DNA of 64,000 bases from Vicugna vicugna (Eukaryota): NCBI GenBank assembly GCA_013265495.1, contig MU058844.1, positions 10,376,184 to 10,440,183 of the forward strand, given 5' to 3'. A program made the position numbers and the translations under genes. Below, piece by piece: positions 38,854-54,214 of the stretch (position 1 is its first letter; each line of letters begins with the position of its first letter). A model generated the notes under the pieces. It saw only the letters and a list, made by a program, of their open reading frames with translations, was not told the origin of the DNA and ran no database searches.

Positions 38854-41462
38854 TGAGCTATTACTCCCTTTGACAATTTCATATTTGCCAAGACTTAGAA
38901 CTTTTCCTGGAATGTGTATTTTCCATATGCTTTGTAGTTGGATCTATCTTTGTCAATTTATTACTTTATAAACACATAGCCTAGTTAATTTTACATTCTT
39001 AACTGAGGTGTTAGTAAATAATTTATTTCACTTATAAATTGCTGTGTTTAAAGTTTACACTAGCCAACTTAAAACAAATTTATTAAGCTTTAGTTGCCAA
39101 AGAATCACTAAGGGAGATTTATTAAGTCTAGGATAGGACCTATGAATCTATATTTTAAAGATTTCACCAGATAATTTTGATCAAAGTGGACCATCAACAA
39201 TACTTTTGAGAAACATTGATGTACAGAATTTATTAATAGCTTCTTGTTAACTAAAACAGATTACTCAGTTCGTCTCTGGTTTGTTTTTCTTGACTTTCAT
39301 TTTTAAAATCCTACTTTTTGAAAAGATTTCTCAGAGTTATTAAACATTTGGTATTTTGTCTGTGAAGGTATAGTGAAGAAGCATTGAGAAAATGCTACTT
39401 AAAAAATGTTATCGCTAATCATAAGGAAATGATAAAAATGATACTATGTTGTTATTGTAAGTAAAAATAACTGCCACTTATCTGGGTATTCTTAGTTGAC
39501 AAATTTTTTGCGTAAACACTATTTAGTCCTGAATTTAAAGCTAGGTAAGCGAATCTCCATTTTACTTATGAGAAATCTGTACCTGCTCCATTTAACACAA
39601 GTAGTAACTGATGATACTGAGATTAAAATCCACTTTTAACTAACTTCTGAATCCATCTTTTTAAAAATTAATATCATTAATAATTAATATTCCATAATAA
39701 CTGGATAGGTGTTTGATAATATGGGGCTTGCTCCCTTGGTTTTGCATTGGAACCCCCAATGGCTGACTCTCTGCCATATTTTTGGTATTACTATGGTATG
39801 GCGATCTGCTGAGATTCTTGTTGGTGCCCTGCCCATTCTTCCTGTCTATCTTACAGTTTTAAATGTTGATTCACGCATTTTAAACTGTTTCTATATTTAT
39901 CTTCTGTCCTCTAGGAATAGACCTGATGGGAATGGGTGCCATTTTATGACTTTACAGTTTGCAGATGCATAAATGGATTTTATGTGATTTAGTTTAATCC
40001 TTCATGGATTTCTTACTCTGAAATCCCCAAGAGCTGGGCTCCTTATTTCGTGTTTATGTGTGAGTAATGCTTGTGCCTTACAGAAAGGATAAAGGGAAGC
40101 AAGTTGGACTGAATCTGAATTCTAGTTCAGTTTGATAATGTGATTTGTCCACTAGTGAATGGGCCAGAATGAGAATGTGAATGGAAGTAAGAGGTTAGTG
40201 ATCCCAGGCTTCCTAGATTTCCCCATATGGAGATAGGACTAGATACAGAAGAAAGATACAGGCTAAAGACTAAAAGATTTTTGACTTTACTGTAGCTGTA
40301 TGATTCTGTGTATTTACCTGTCTTCTCTGACCTTTGATTTCTTTATTAATTAGAATACTTCACAACGTAGTTATTTCTAATATCACAGCATATTAAAGGA
40401 ATTATTGTGAGAATCAAATGAAGAGTTATCTATAAAACCTATTTTGTTAAAAGTAAAGTGATTTTTATCACTGTTTCCCATCTCAGCTGTCTGGATCTTT
40501 TCAGCTGTGTTATACTTATTGAGATTTTTCTGTAATTCAGGTAGCATTTCAACTTCTTTTGAGAAGGCTGTTTTTTAGTTTGAAAATCTTTTCTACCATT
40601 TTCTCGAGTGACAACATTTGGGCTTTTGTTTGAGATATTTTTATTTATTAAAGTTTATTGCTTTTGCATTTGACTTTCTGAATAGGATTATCCAGGCAGT
40701 AACTCTTCTATATTATAATTCCCTGAATCCTATTGACTCTGAGCTCTGCTTGAGGTATGCCCTTAATTGATCATATTCTCTCTTATGAATGACACATGGG
40801 CTTTTTCATAGATGCTTTCTGAAACAAATGTTTTGTGGAGAAATGAGGAACACGGTGAGGGGAGGGGGCTTTGGTTTAACGTAACATAATAATGTAGAGG
40901 CAGCATCAAACTATGTAGTTAACAAAATTCCTGGTTCTTACAGGGCTTTAAGTTAAAGTGGTACTGATAAAAACATTTTTTTAGAAAGTAAATAAGAAAA
41001 TATCTTCATATAACTAAAAGTGAAATATCAACTTAAATATATTAATTTTTAAGAGTTACCTGCCCCTGGTAAAATTTCAGATGGCACAGGCAACCACTGT
41101 TATTTTTTTGTGTAGCTTCCAGGGATAGTCTCTACTTTTGCCAACAAATATGTATGGATATCATCAGAGATTCTTTCTTTCAAGGCTGATAATAAATACT
41201 GTCATGAATTTGAAATCTTTTGTAAGTTTTCTAGTTAGAAATGTTATGGTTAAGAGTATGAAATACAAGTTCTAAAGGGCAGATTTTTTCCCCTTAGCTG
41301 TAAATAGATATATTTACTATATATATTCTCTACTTTGTATGATTTCATCTTTCTCAAAGTTCAATAAAATGCTTTTAGACTATCCTACTAGATAGACCAA
41401 GTCTGGATTTTAGGGAGGAGACCTGGCCCAGAGATGACAATTTGGAGCTAGCTGGTCTATGG

Positions 41463-41640
41463 CAGTGGTTCTCAAGTTTTAGCACGCATCATCACTTGGT
41501 GGGCTTGTTACACACACATTGCCGAGGTGCACCTGGAGGGTCCGATTCAGGAGGTCTGGGTTGATGTCCAAGAATTTCATTTCTGACTTATTTCCAGGGG
41601 ATATTGATGGTACTCTGATTCCACACTTTGAGAACCAGTG
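41463..41640. mobile_element. MER5A-like hAT MITE
   Basis: Inverted ends cagtggttctcaag / tttgagaaccagtg, about 180 bp apart. Confidence 0.85.
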
Positions 41641-42499
41641 ACTTTTGCAGTTTAAACCAGGTGAGAGTAGGTAGATCACCCAGAGAGTTAGCTTGGATGT
41701 AACAGAGTTCTGAGAACTGAGTACCTTTACTTAATGGAGGCAAGGGGTTGGGTGAGGTACGGTGAGGTCCTGCCAGGAGGAGGAAAAAAGTTCAAGTAGT
41801 TAAGTAATTTTGGAAGATCTTTTGTGTTACATCACTCTCTTGGAAGTTTCAGAGTACGCACAAACATGATAAAGTTCCCGAGGAAAGAATTACACATGTT
41901 TTATATAGAAAGGTTCTATATATCTGCCTTAGGACGGAAGGGAAGGGTTGCAATAGGGACTGTTCCCTTTCCTGGCTGGCCAGGGGAGGGTGGGTGTGGT
42001 ATGAAAGTGGGAGAGTTATTGGCAGTTACAAAAGGAAAGTCATCTGAGTTATGGTAGAAACTATATGATCCCAATGAAAAGATCCTAGTGGAGTTTCCTA
42101 ATTCTGAAGTCAGTTTGCTGTGTTTGAATTCCAGCCTTGTTTGAGAATCACTGACTAATACTGGTATTTGTATTTTTTTTTAATAGATTCGATGTCAGAT
42201 ACAGTAGTTACTCAATAAAATTTAACTTTCACAAAACAGGCTTTTTGTTTTCTAGCTTGTAGATATATTTAGAGTTTTTTTAATTTTGCTAATGCAGAGA
42301 TTTATACTTTCTGTATTTATTATGTTGAGTTACACCTTTTTGCATTCAATTTCAGTTTTACTCTCATACATAATAAAAGAGTAGGGAGTAAATAAAGGCC
42401 TTTTCTTCTGATTGCTTTAGCAGATTAGGTAGGCATGAATGTCAGGAATTTGTAGCCTTAAGATCAGTGAAACTTGTTTGCATCACCATGTAAGTTTCC

Positions 42500-42821
42500 T
42501 TATCTAGTAGACAGTCACTACCACAGCTGGCTGTTGAGCACCTGAAATGTGACTAGTCTGAGTTAAGATGTGCTATAAGTATAAAATACACACTGAAGTT
42601 TGAAGATTTTGTTTGAAAAAATGTTAGTGTTATTAAAACACTATTGAAATATTAAATGCTCATATATAACATGAATATGTATGAATTACATATTGAAATG
42701 ATACTTTTGAACTTTTGGATTAAATAAAATTAATTTTACTTGTTTCTTTTTACTTCTTAAAATATGGCTACTAGAACATTTCAAATTATATGTAGCTTGC
42801 ATTTTATTTCCATTGAACAGC
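42500..42821. mobile_element. MER33-like hAT element
   Basis: tggctgttgagcacctgaaatgtgactagt...atggctactagaacatttcaaattatatgtagcttgcatt. Confidence 0.75.
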
Positions 42822-44970
42822 TTAGATATGGGGGGGAGAAAATCACAATGGAAATACCTAACTTTTAATACTCTGGCATTTGTCAGTGGATGAAAAAACT
42901 ACGTATGGAAGGGAAGAGGTCAACCAGATAGTGAATCATATAGTGTTATGAAAAGATTAACACAGATCTGTTACTTTAACAGTTGCTTGGCAATAGTAAT
43001 TTGCATTATATATTCAAAAGATCCATCGATAGAGAATCTTACATAAATGTTAGTTATAAAAATGACTTTGGAGAGAAAAACGACTATTTGTTACACGTGC
43101 CCTTTTTCTCAAGGAGGTGAGCCATAGTTTTTAAAAAACAAAGACATTTGTATTAATTTATATAGATAGGGTCTGACAATTTGAGGAAAATGCACATGTA
43201 TTATCTGATTTGATCATATAGCCCTCACTTTTGGTAATTGTAGAAACAGATTTAATGTCATGCCACTGATAGGTTTATTATACAAACTGGTGCTACTCAA
43301 ACTGCCACCAAATGACTCCTGGCTAGAAGAGAACATAGTTCTGTACCCCAGGGGTCCCGAGTTATACTAGTTATGATTGTCCTGTTCTTTGAAGTCTGTT
43401 CAACTGCCCTCCTCCCCAGTCTTTGAATATACTTAGTGGTCTAGGAATAGGCCATTTATGTGCTGTGCCTCTGCATACCAGGATGTGTGTTCCTAGAAGG
43501 GGTTATATGTACCCTGAAATGAGAAATACAGAAAGTGGAACTATGTCAGATCAAGTATTTCTTGAAGGCCTGTTTTATGAGTTCTAGATGTAGCATTGGA
43601 TAGATGATGCCCCTGCTTTCTTTTCTCTTTTACCCCACCTCTCTACCTGTTCTTAACTGGAGGTTAATTCTATTACACAATGTCTCCCCAACCCCCATCA
43701 CATAAACACAATTTTTTCCTATAAATGAGAAGACTCAATACTATAAGTTTTACAAATTGCAACTTTTAGAAACAAAATTTTAGTAACAGCAATTTGAGTA
43801 GAGATAAAATAAACAAATTCAACAAGTACTTAAATCAAATAAGAATTAATTACAGATCCCAGGACTTAATCTGTTTTAGCCTCAATTTCCTTACTTGTAA
43901 AATGAGACTAATACTCATCTTGATGTTGATATATGATTAGTAGTAAGAATGGTGATAATAACAGTAGAAGCTGGGTTTTATTGCTAAATACTCTGCTAAG
44001 CCCTGTGTAGTTGATATTATTATTATTCTGTTTTATAAATGAAGAAATTGGCTTTATCTAGAATTCAGACCCATGCACTATTGTGTTAATTGAATTTATA
44101 CCTTAATGCCCTTCACTACCATGTTACAGAGCACACTGGGTATTCATTAAATGTTAGATTAAAAATAAACACAAAACAAAACAACTATAACAAATAAACT
44201 GATGCAATGGAAAGAATAATAGTTAGGCAAGAGGTTAAAAGGCCAAAATATTTGCCCAAGGCCATTCTACTAGGAGATGAGGTAGGAAAACCTAGGATTT
44301 GAACCTAGGTCCATCTGACTCTAAAGACAAATGCTTTCATCACTTACAGCCTAGTTTACTTATCTGTCAAATGTGGAGAAGAGTTATACGGAGTGGCTGA
44401 GTAAATGTGACTGCGTAGTGTAGTGTCTGACTCGTAGGTACTTCATGAACTGTAGTGATGATGATGATGACGATGTCATAGATGTCTAATGGCAGTGTAT
44501 CCATAACACATTCTCTTCTCCACATGAATTTAAAACTTGCCATTTAAAACGACCATCCTTTTAATGATATAAAATATTCATTGATTTTTCTTCTTTCACT
44601 TCAAATTTTTTGTTTTTTCTACCTTTGTCTCTTACATTTCTCTGGCTTATGACCTCTCTATGAAATTAGATTGGTGTCCAGTTACTGTCATTCTCATTGT
44701 AAATACTAGTACATATACATTGTGCTTTTGTTTTCTGCGTCTTTGTACTTTTCTCTTTTGGTTCCCCACATTCACTCCTGTTTCTGTGTACTACGTTCCA
44801 CGTTTTTCACAGCAGTCTTTATTTGGCAAACAATATTTAAAGACTGTGGTGTGTCCAGCACTGTGCTGGATGCTCGGAACATGGAGGAATTTAAGTCTCT
44901 TTTTCACAGAAACAGGTATTAAATAAGTGATCATGAGTAGGACGAGTGTTACAAAAGGGAAAGTATAGGG

Positions 44971-45118
44971 CAGTGCTTCTTCAAGTGTGATTTGGGGTCT
45001 AGCATTATCATCACCCAGGACCTTGTGAGAAATGCAAATTCTTGGGCTTCACCCCAGACCTACTGTTCTAGCAGGCTCTCCAAATAATGCTGATGCATGC
45101 TAGAGCTTGAGAGCTTTG
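44971..45118. mobile_element. MER5-like hAT MITE
   Basis: cagtgcttcttcaagtgtg...agaaatgcaaattcttgggcttcaccccagacctactg. Confidence 0.75.
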
Positions 45119-47489
45119 GTGTAGGCTGTTATGAAATCGTGTAACACTGGACGACGTTCTTGTGAAGTGATGCGGGTGGTGTGTGTATGTGAAGATTATC
45201 CACATGAAGTGTTTGTTAAGCTCTGCTTTCCTTCATTCTCCTCCCCTTCTTTTTCCCTTTTCTCAATGCCTTCCCTCAGCACTTTCATTGCTTGTTTCTC
45301 TGTCATCTTGAAGTGTCCTGTGGTACTTAATAACTGCTTTATTCTCTGCCGTCTAACATGGTCAGTTGATCAGGAGAGGACCAGATTCCTGTCAATGCCA
45401 CATTGAAGTTTACCTCAGGAGAAGGCATTTTATCTGTGCTGTTTCCTGTTTCCCTCATTTCATTTCCTCTGGCTACTCCTGACCAGGGTAATTTCATCAG
45501 AGGCTACTCACTGTGGTTGATTGCGGAGCTCCAAGTACTGGCATTTATAACCCGCAATGTCTGGAGTAGATTGGCTTTTAATACCTTTAAAAGGCTAGTT
45601 ATGTTTCCCAAACTGATAACACAGGCCTAGCACTAATCATAGTGAGTGATAATATTGTCTTCAGCATTTTTTATTACTATTATTTCTTGCAGCCTTGTGT
45701 TCTGAAATAGTTGGTTAAGAAGAGTGAATCTTTTTCTTCCACACCCATCTTTCCCCAGCCCCTAATCTGCCTTTAATATCTTCTTTTGAACAATTTGCAA
45801 AACTGCTTTTGGGGAGTATGTAATTTTAAATCCAAGTATTTTCTTTTGTTAAATATCAGAAAAGAAAAAAATGGAAACAGGGTGGGCCAAAACAAAATCT
45901 TTTCTAAATAGCACAGAAAATAATTTTTTAGAACTTCTGATGTTCTGTCTTTATCATTGACAAGTTTTTTAATGAATGTCTGGTCTCAAGCTAATATAGC
46001 TTATTTTCCTCTTAAGTTATATAAGAATGCAATTGATGTTCTGAATGATTGCAGGTAAAAATGTTCATAGTTGTAAAGTGGGATTTACTGTGAACATTTT
46101 TTTTAACATTTTAAAATGTCTTATTTAGGGATTGGTTGGTGTGGACAATATTGCGAACTAGTGGGCTTTCTCCAGACATTCATTATTACTGTACAAATGG
46201 AGATGAAGCTACTAAGATGGGGTAGAGAGCAGAGAAAGTGTTTTTAATGACAAGAACAAATATAGCCTGTCTCTGAATCATATGACAGTGTTTGGCCTTC
46301 TACATTGGCTTATTTTATGCAGGGTCTAAAATGCCCCTGCTACAAAATATTAGATATTTTTAGCTTGAGCTTAGATTTTAAAATGTATATGAATAATCAA
46401 AAGAGTTAGAATCTATTGTAAAACTGTTTTTTTTTTTGTTTCACTTTGGAATATTTAGTAAATTCATTCTGTGTAAACATTTAAAAGCAGCTAAACATAA
46501 CTGCTCTTTGGTGTTATTTACTTTGAAGGATGATTAGTTTAGCCTGTTGGAATTTAGTGTCATATAACATAGATAAATCTACATTTTATTTGAAGATTAT
46601 TCGCTAAATTTAATTTACTGAATTAAATTCTTATGTGTACTCATGATGTGCATCTGTATGTAAACATAAATTTTTATTCTAACATTAGGCCAAAAAAATC
46701 TTATTATGCTTGCTTGGCTGATAGGAAGAACATAAATAACTCCATTACTCATTAAAAAAGAAAAACTGGAAGAATTTCAAGTATTTAGTTTCCTATTAAA
46801 TTTAGATGGGAAGATAGACCTCCAAGTCGGAATTTCCCTCATGCTTAATGAGTATATGCATTAATAACTCTTAGCTTGATTCTGATTTAGTTTCCTTAAA
46901 GACTCAGTTAAGGACAGTTAATTACTGTTGTTTATGTTGAATATAGAATATTATTTAAGAGGGTGCCAGTGCCAGATGGCAGATAATTTGTTGGCATCTA
47001 GGATTCATGATTTTTCTAAACTGTCAAACCTCAGATACATTTTTCTTGTATTTCTTAGTCTTTCTGGTTAAAATAACATAAATGATTGGATCAAGAATGA
47101 CTGTCTTTGAATGCACGAAATTCCCACTCCCTACCTAAAAAAAAAAGGACTGTCTTAGTGCTCTTTCTCCTACACCATGTTGCCTGCCTCATTATCCTCT
47201 TCTCTTTTGTATATTGAACATTCTTTTAGGCCTTATCTTACATTTGACATTGTAGATTGCTCTTTCCTTGAAAGACTAAAGGAAAACTCCTTTGCTTCAG
47301 TGGTGCCACACTCAACAAGTTTCTCCTCTAATTGTTTGAGCACTCCTTCACAATCTCTTTGCTTTATTGCTTCTTTAAATGTTTGTATTCTTTTTTGTCC
47401 TTTCTTAGAACTTCTGACTCTGTATATAATTGCTCAGCAATCTCAGCCCCCCCCATAGCTTCAGTTTCCATGTGTATGCTAACAGTTAA

Positions 47490-48260
47490 AAAAATTTTTA
47501 TTGAGATATAATTGGCATATAGTAAGCCACATAAATTTGAAGTATACAATTTGACAAGTTTTGACATATGTATGAACCTGTGAAACCATTGCTCCAACCA
47601 AGATATTGGACGTATCTGTCACTCCCAAGAGTTTACCCATGATCCTTTTAAATTTCTTCCCCATCCAAGGCAACCACTGATCTGCTTTCTGTCTGCCAGT
47701 TGATTACTTGACATTTTCTAGAATTTTATATAAATGTAGTCATAGAGTGTGCACTCTTTTTAAAATCTGTCCTTGTTCAGCACAGTCATGTTGCTTGTAT
47801 CAGTTTTGTTTAGATTCGCTCTCTCTAATTCTTTTAGTTGAGTTGGCTTGGGGGGCTTCCTCGTATGCATGTGCTGGTCAGTGCTTAGCTGACTCTAGAG
47901 AGGCAACCCTTTCAGATGTCTGGAGATTTCTGTGCAGCTCTTTCCCTTCCAGAATTCTACCCTGCGAACTCTAGCTACCTTGGCCTTCCTTGACTTCCAC
48001 ATCCATTTCTCCGATTCAGAGATTGCTGGTCTCTGCCCACATTCTTTCTCACTGTGCTGCAGTCTGGAAACTCCCTAGGCAGTAATTCCAGAGCTCACCT
48101 TGTCAGTTTTCTGTCTCTCAGGATTCATTAGTATGTGCTGCCTTATGTTTATTGTCTGAAAACTATTATTTCATGGATTTGCTCTATTCATTGTTTCAGG
48201 CAGGCAAGTAAATCTGGTTCCTGTTTCTCCAGCTTGGTCAGAAGTGGATGTCATTGCTGT
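47490..48260 (-). mobile_element. Old L1 3' fragment(s)
   Basis: ttttattgagatataatt...aagtatacaatttgacaagttttgaca...aggcaaccactgatctgctttctgtc. Confidence 0.65.
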
Positions 48261-51200
48261 TAATTTACTAATCTATATTTCCAGTCCTTATTTTCGTCTT
48301 TAGCTTGAGACTTGTGTGCCAGACTGCCACCTGAACATTTCTGCTGTTTTTCTTAAAAAATGTATAATCTTTTTCCTGCTAAACCTTATTTTTCTTGTGT
48401 TCCCTAACTTGTGAATAGTCCAGCCATCTACCTAGTTTTTCCAAGTTATTGATGTGAGTGTTCTGAATTAACATGAGCATCTTCTATAGTTCCCTGCCCC
48501 ACCTCCATGCCACACCCATTCCTTTACCACATGTTGTCAACTTTATTCCTGCATGTGGCTCAGGTTCGTCGTCTTCTCTTCCACCCTCATTACTACTGCA
48601 CTCTTTCAGATCACTGTTGTCTCTCATTTGGATCACTGTAGTCACTCCTAATTACTTCGTCTGCTTCCAGTCTATTCTCCACCTTGTAGTCAGAGCTAGA
48701 TTTCAAAGCACAAATCTGTTCATACAGTTTTCCTGTTGGAAAGGGAGTTAGGAAAAATCCAAACTCTTTAAGGTAGTTTACAAGATTCTTCATGTTTTGA
48801 CCTCTGTTCCCTGTGCCCCTTAAGTCTCATCTCTCACATCTTTTATCCTTCATATTCTGGACTTTCAGAAATAGTGAATACTGGGTTCCTCAAATGACAT
48901 GCTCTCCCTCACCTTTAGGCCTTCACGTGTACCTCCGTCTGCCCCTGAAGGAATTCCATCCCAAATATGCTCATCTCCTTTATATGCTACCTGGGAAGTC
49001 TTCTTCCACCGCAGATCTGGGTTAGGTGGCTCCATCAGCACTGTTTGCTTGCCTCTCCCACATTAGACGACATGAAGGTCTGAGTGTCATGTGTCTTGTT
49101 AATCTTTGTATTGGCTTTGTCTAAAACGATGTCTGACACGTATGTGAATATTCTGAATTGGAGATCATATTCACACTTGACTGTGAGAAAAAGGAATTGA
49201 GAGCAAAAACTCAAAATCTTAGTTTTTGACAACTTGTCCTGAGTTCTTAGACCACATGGACAGAGGCTGAGCTGTTCCTTCTTAGAATCAGTCATCTTAG
49301 AAATGCAGACCTCAAGCCTGAGTTCAAACTTACTGAATTAGAACCTGCATTTTCATAGATCCACAGTGGATGTATGAGTGCATTAAAGTGTGAGAAGCCA
49401 AGCTCAAGTTTATTGATTATCTTTTTTAGCTGTATGTTAAAGTCACCTGGGGAACTGATGCTCAGTATTTAATCCTGTGGTGTAGGTCCTGGGCATCCAG
49501 ATTTTTGCAACACTCCCTAGGGGGCCCTAAGGAGAGCCAGGAATAAGAACCTATACTTTTGTTCATGTCTTCTCTCATTTTAGTCTGACACTGGAGAAAG
49601 CCAATATCAGAACTATATTCAGATTTTGAGCTACTTTCACACTTCCATTCTAAAGCTTTAAAATGTTTAGAGAGAAGTGATATGTAATGAGGCATGGGGC
49701 TTGAGTTGAGGATGTCAGGCTGGCAGGTGTGGCACTTTAGACCGGGACCCTCAGACTTAAGTGTGCATACGAATCACCCAAGGCTTTTTTGTAAAATGCA
49801 GATTTTGTTGGAAAAGTCTAGGGTGAGGCCTGAGATTCTGCATTTTAGCAAGCTTGAATGCATTAGAAAACTAAGAGATGTTAAGAGACTTTAATAAAAC
49901 AAACTTGTGCTTCCTCCTGTTTCCTTAGTTTTCCCCTCAGAGTCCAGCAGCAATACTTCACAAGCGAGAAGTATTCCTTGGTTGTTACTGAACAGAAGAA
50001 GAGGCATTTAAGTGCTGCAGTCCCCAGTATCTAGGTGGTAACTCTTTTGCCCAAGGAGTGGTAAAGCACCCCCAGAATTAGGCTTTTTGAGCAGCTTTCC
50101 ATGTTGAGGGGAAACGTACTCTCCCAGAGCCTTCCTTAGTTGGTTGATTTCTGGGAAGGAGGAACACACTACTTTTGCACAGAGGGACAAGAGGGCTATC
50201 TTTTGAGCCATTGTTTTAGAATTGATGCAAAGCTTTTGTTCTGTGGGACTCTATCCCCTCTTTTTAGTGTATTGATCATAGGTACCACCTTATTGCTATG
50301 ACCATTGTTAACTATTTTTGGTCATATTAGAACAATTGGGTTGGCTAGTCCCTGTCTTCTCCTTCTGTACACACCTTCTTTGCTGGTGTTTTAGTGGAAG
50401 AGTATTTGTAATTAAGATAAAATTAAAATACAGTCATATTTAACCAAACATATTGTTTATGCAGTTGAAGGGTGCTGCCATTATGGGTAGATTTTGAGTT
50501 ATTTCCCTGAGTCATAGGACTGGAGTAGTCTTCCATTGCCACAAGATCCTTTTGGTTTTCTCCATTTCTGTTCTTTCATTCAATTTATTTTTGTAAATCT
50601 TTTCTTCTTATTTTTGTCACGTTTACTGCAGCTATTTAACATGTTTGAGTGCTTAAATTAAGCTGATTTGACAAATTGAAACTGTTACTGGAAGAAAGCA
50701 TTATCATTCAGGTAGTACCTCTAGTGCTCTTTGCGTTTCTGTAAGTTACCACGCCACATAGAAGGATCTTTCAGAGCAATTTGAGTTTTTAGGCCTAAAC
50801 TAAAAGTGCAGAATTAAATTAAGCGCTTGTTGTCTATAATTAAAATAATTTATGAAACTAGCTTTTTAAAAAATAAACTAGAATTTGAAATGAAAAAGAT
50901 AGACTGAATTTATTTTTAATAAGCACTGATACATTCAAGTGAAAAGTCTTTAAGGAAATTGAAATTCTGTCAATTAAAAAATTATCCCACTTTCTGGTGG
51001 AGAACTCTTGTTCTTCAAAAGCAGATCAGTTAAGAGTTTTTAAATGATGCAACTGAAACAAGATTTCCTACATTTGGAATATTTAATTTAGTCCTTTTTT
51101 ACTCAAGGTAGAAATGTGATTTCAAATACTATATTGTTGTAGGCAGATAAGGCTAACCCAAAAATGTGTAGAAAACTACCAAAGGATAATTTTAATTGAA

Positions 51201-51794
51201 ATTCTATGTTACTTTGTTTCTTTGCTAATGATTAAGAACATAAATATGAAAACTCATGATAGAACATTTTAAGTTCTTCAGAAAAGAAACTCTTTGTCAA
51301 ATCCTAAATCCAATTCTTTGCTTTTAAGCCAGGTTTCAGTCCCTCACAAACCAATTTAAATCCTCCCAGGAATGCACAGTGTCCCTGCCAAAGGTTTTCA
51401 CATGGTGATTGATGAAAAGATTTGCTGCATTCTTTGTAAATACATTTCAGGAACAGGTTAATATAAAGGTTGGAAAATGAAGTAAGCACATGATGGTTCA
51501 TATTTTTATCTTATTTTATGATTGAACTCTTTCCAAAGAGCTTTTGAAAAGACATTCCCTGCATAATCACAAATCTGAAGCTTTTTCATATAAAAGATTT
51601 AAAGTGACTTGTATTGAAAGCCTTTCTTTAATCAGCTCAAGTATTTATATTCATCAAGTTGTGATCTGTATTACAAGGTATATTTAGCCAATGAGTATCT
51701 CTGTATTACTTAGTAAATTAAATATTTAAATACCACTAATACACTTGAAAGTTTTTCAGTCTTTGTGGTTGTGAGCTCAATTGTTTTTATCATT

Positions 51795-52225
51795 CTTTTT
51801 CTTTTTTTTTATTGTGATAAAATATACATAACATAAAATTTAACATTTTAGCTATCTTAAAGTTTACAGTTCAATGCATCAAGTATCTTTACATTGTTGT
51901 GCAGCCAGTTTTTTATTTTCCTAAACTGAAACTCCATTAAGAAACAACTCCCTACAATTTCCCCTCCCTCTCTGCCCTCACTCCTAGCAGCCACCGTTCT
52001 GCTCTCTGTCTTTATGAATTTAAGTACTTTAGGTACCTTGGAGAAGTAGAATCTTACTACATTTGTCCCTTGTTAGTACCTTTCATTTAGCTTAATGTCT
52101 TCACAGGTTCATGTATGTTGTAGCATATGTCAGAATTTCCTTATTAAGGCTGAATAATATTCCAGTGTGTGTGTGTATGTATATATATATGTACATACAC
52201 CACTTTCTATTTATCCATTCATGGG
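51795..52225 (-). mobile_element. L1MB-like 3' end
   Basis: ttattgtgataaaatatacataacataaaattt...gcatatgtcagaatttccttattaaggctgaataatattcc. Confidence 0.8.
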
Positions 52226-52870
52226 TCGCTTCCTTTTCTTTCCTTTTATAACAAAAATTTTAAACACTGATCAGATCAGTCCTTTCTAGTGTTTTACAAG
52301 TGGTTCAGAAACCCACTGTGGAAGGGGGTCAAGGGATTTAAGCCTTGGGACTGACTATTCCTTTCCTCCTTGGTTTTCCTCATTGTCACTGGAGTCTTTT
52401 GTTTTGGTAGTCCAGCCTGGTTAGGAGAATAGCCTGATCCTTGGGCCGGATCTAAGTTGAAATACCACATGAGGCAGCTATATGAGCCGAGTCATGGAAG
52501 CTGAGAGCTAGGATCCAGGATTCCGGCTTGTAAGGGAAAAGCAAATGCAGATTACATATGTGCCATAATTTCATTAACCAGCTTTCTCTCTTTTGGTTGT
52601 AATTTGCTTTTCTTTGAGATTATGTATGTTTATACTACATCTACTTACTGGGTTTTGCATTTTCTGAATTGCCTGTTGATGTTTATGGTGCATTTTCTAC
52701 ACAGAGTAAAAAATGTATGTGTGGAGAAAGCAAAATACTCTAAATTTCAGAAATGTAATATTTTGTTTTAGTTTAATATTTGTATTTGTCTCATGTGATT
52801 ATGCTTTCTTTATTTCTGAGGCACCTACTTCTCTCTTCAAGATCATTTACTCCAGCATCCAGGTAGCTTT

Positions 52871-52993
52871 ATTTATTTAATTTTTTTGGGGGGGTAATTA
52901 GGTTTATTTACTTATTTATTTTAATTTAACGGATCGAACCCATGACCTTGTGCATGCTGAGCATGCGCTTAACCACTGAACTAAACCTTCCCC
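52871..52993 (-). mobile_element. Camelid-type tRNA-derived SINE
   Basis: ggatcgaacccatgaccttgtgcatgctgagcatgcgcttaaccactgaactaaaccttcccc; TSD-like ccaggtagcttt / ccaagtagattt. Confidence 0.85.
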
Positions 52994-53891
52994 CCAAGTA
53001 GATTTGTTTGTTGTAGATTTATTACTATAAAATGTATTTGTATAAAATTAAATCTTCCCATGCCATACTGGCCTTATTCACACTTCTGTGCTGTAAGAGA
53101 ATGAAGGATTGCTATGACATTGAAGTTTGGCTTGGGTCTCACAAGCTGTTCTTCCCTGAGAGCACTTATATTGTATTGTAACTTGCAAATTGAATGTTTG
53201 CATAATCAAAATGGAAAGCATGGAGTATAAAACTCAGCTTTGCGTAGTGCCCAAACTGGAGAACTAACATCTAAGCCTGTTGACTAGTTTAACAAAGTCT
53301 TAACTCTGGATATGGACTCGGTTGGAAACACAGTAAAAAGAAATGGATGTTGATAATGTTTAAAGTATTAGTTCAACCTTTTGAGTTTTATGTGAAGGGA
53401 TAGTTGAGATAATACCATCTCCCAGTGGGCTGTGTAACAAGGAGATCTTTAAAGTTAAATTGTGATCGGCTTCCAGTTAGGGAAGAATGTTCATGTAGAG
53501 CCAGTGGTATTTACCCACTGCGCCTGTGAAAACATTCCTTTTTACCCTCAGATGCTCACTCAGCCTTCTGTTTTCCAAGTGACATTATTATAGCCTTTAG
53601 TAGTCAGAAAAATTAGAAGCACATTTTAAAAGCATGAATAGCAGTCTCCCTTCAGTTTCACAGAATTGCTGCTTTTTACGATAGTGCAAATATGGGAGGA
53701 TTTCTGAAAACGTAGAGAATTTGTTTAACTGCTGAACATTCTTTGACATTTTAAGGACACAAATTGTAGAACTATAAAGCATATGGCAAAGTTACTTTTG
53801 TTGTTTTGTTTTGTTGGGCTGCTCAATAACTTCTGACCATGTTTAATTGAAAAATAGAGATGTGTCCATTTAAGAAGTTCTGGACATTCTT

Positions 53892-54214
53892 CTTAACTAA
53901 ACATTTTTTTAATTGAAGTATAGTTGATTTACAATGTTGTGTTATTTTCTGGTGTACAGCATAGTGATTCAATTGTACATATATACACATAATTTTTTCA
54001 TTTTCTTTTTATTATAGGTTATTACAGGATATTGAATATAGTTCCCTGTGCTATACCATAGGACCATGTTGTTTATTTTATATATAATAGCTTGTATCTC
54101 CTAATTTACCCCTCCCCCCACCATCCCTTTCCCCTTTGGTAACCATAAGTTTGTTTTCTATGTCTGTGAGTCTGTTTCTGTTTTGTAAATACGTTCATTT
54201 GTCTCCTTTTGGGG
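53892..54214 (-). mobile_element. Truncated L1 3'UTR
   Basis: ttgaagtatagttgatttacaatgttgtg...ggtaaccataagtttgttttctatgtctgtgagtc; TSD ggacattctt at 53882 and 54215. Confidence 0.88.

Noticed and set aside
41815..42135. Possible ERV LTR fragment
   Set aside because: LTR-like composition, but I could not identify termini, a TSD or a family.
44455..44478. (GAT)n run as part of the acidic next PAWR exon (DEYEDDE)
   Set aside because: The flanks do not encode CLDEYEDDEAGQ and it sits at the tail of a MIR-like remnant.
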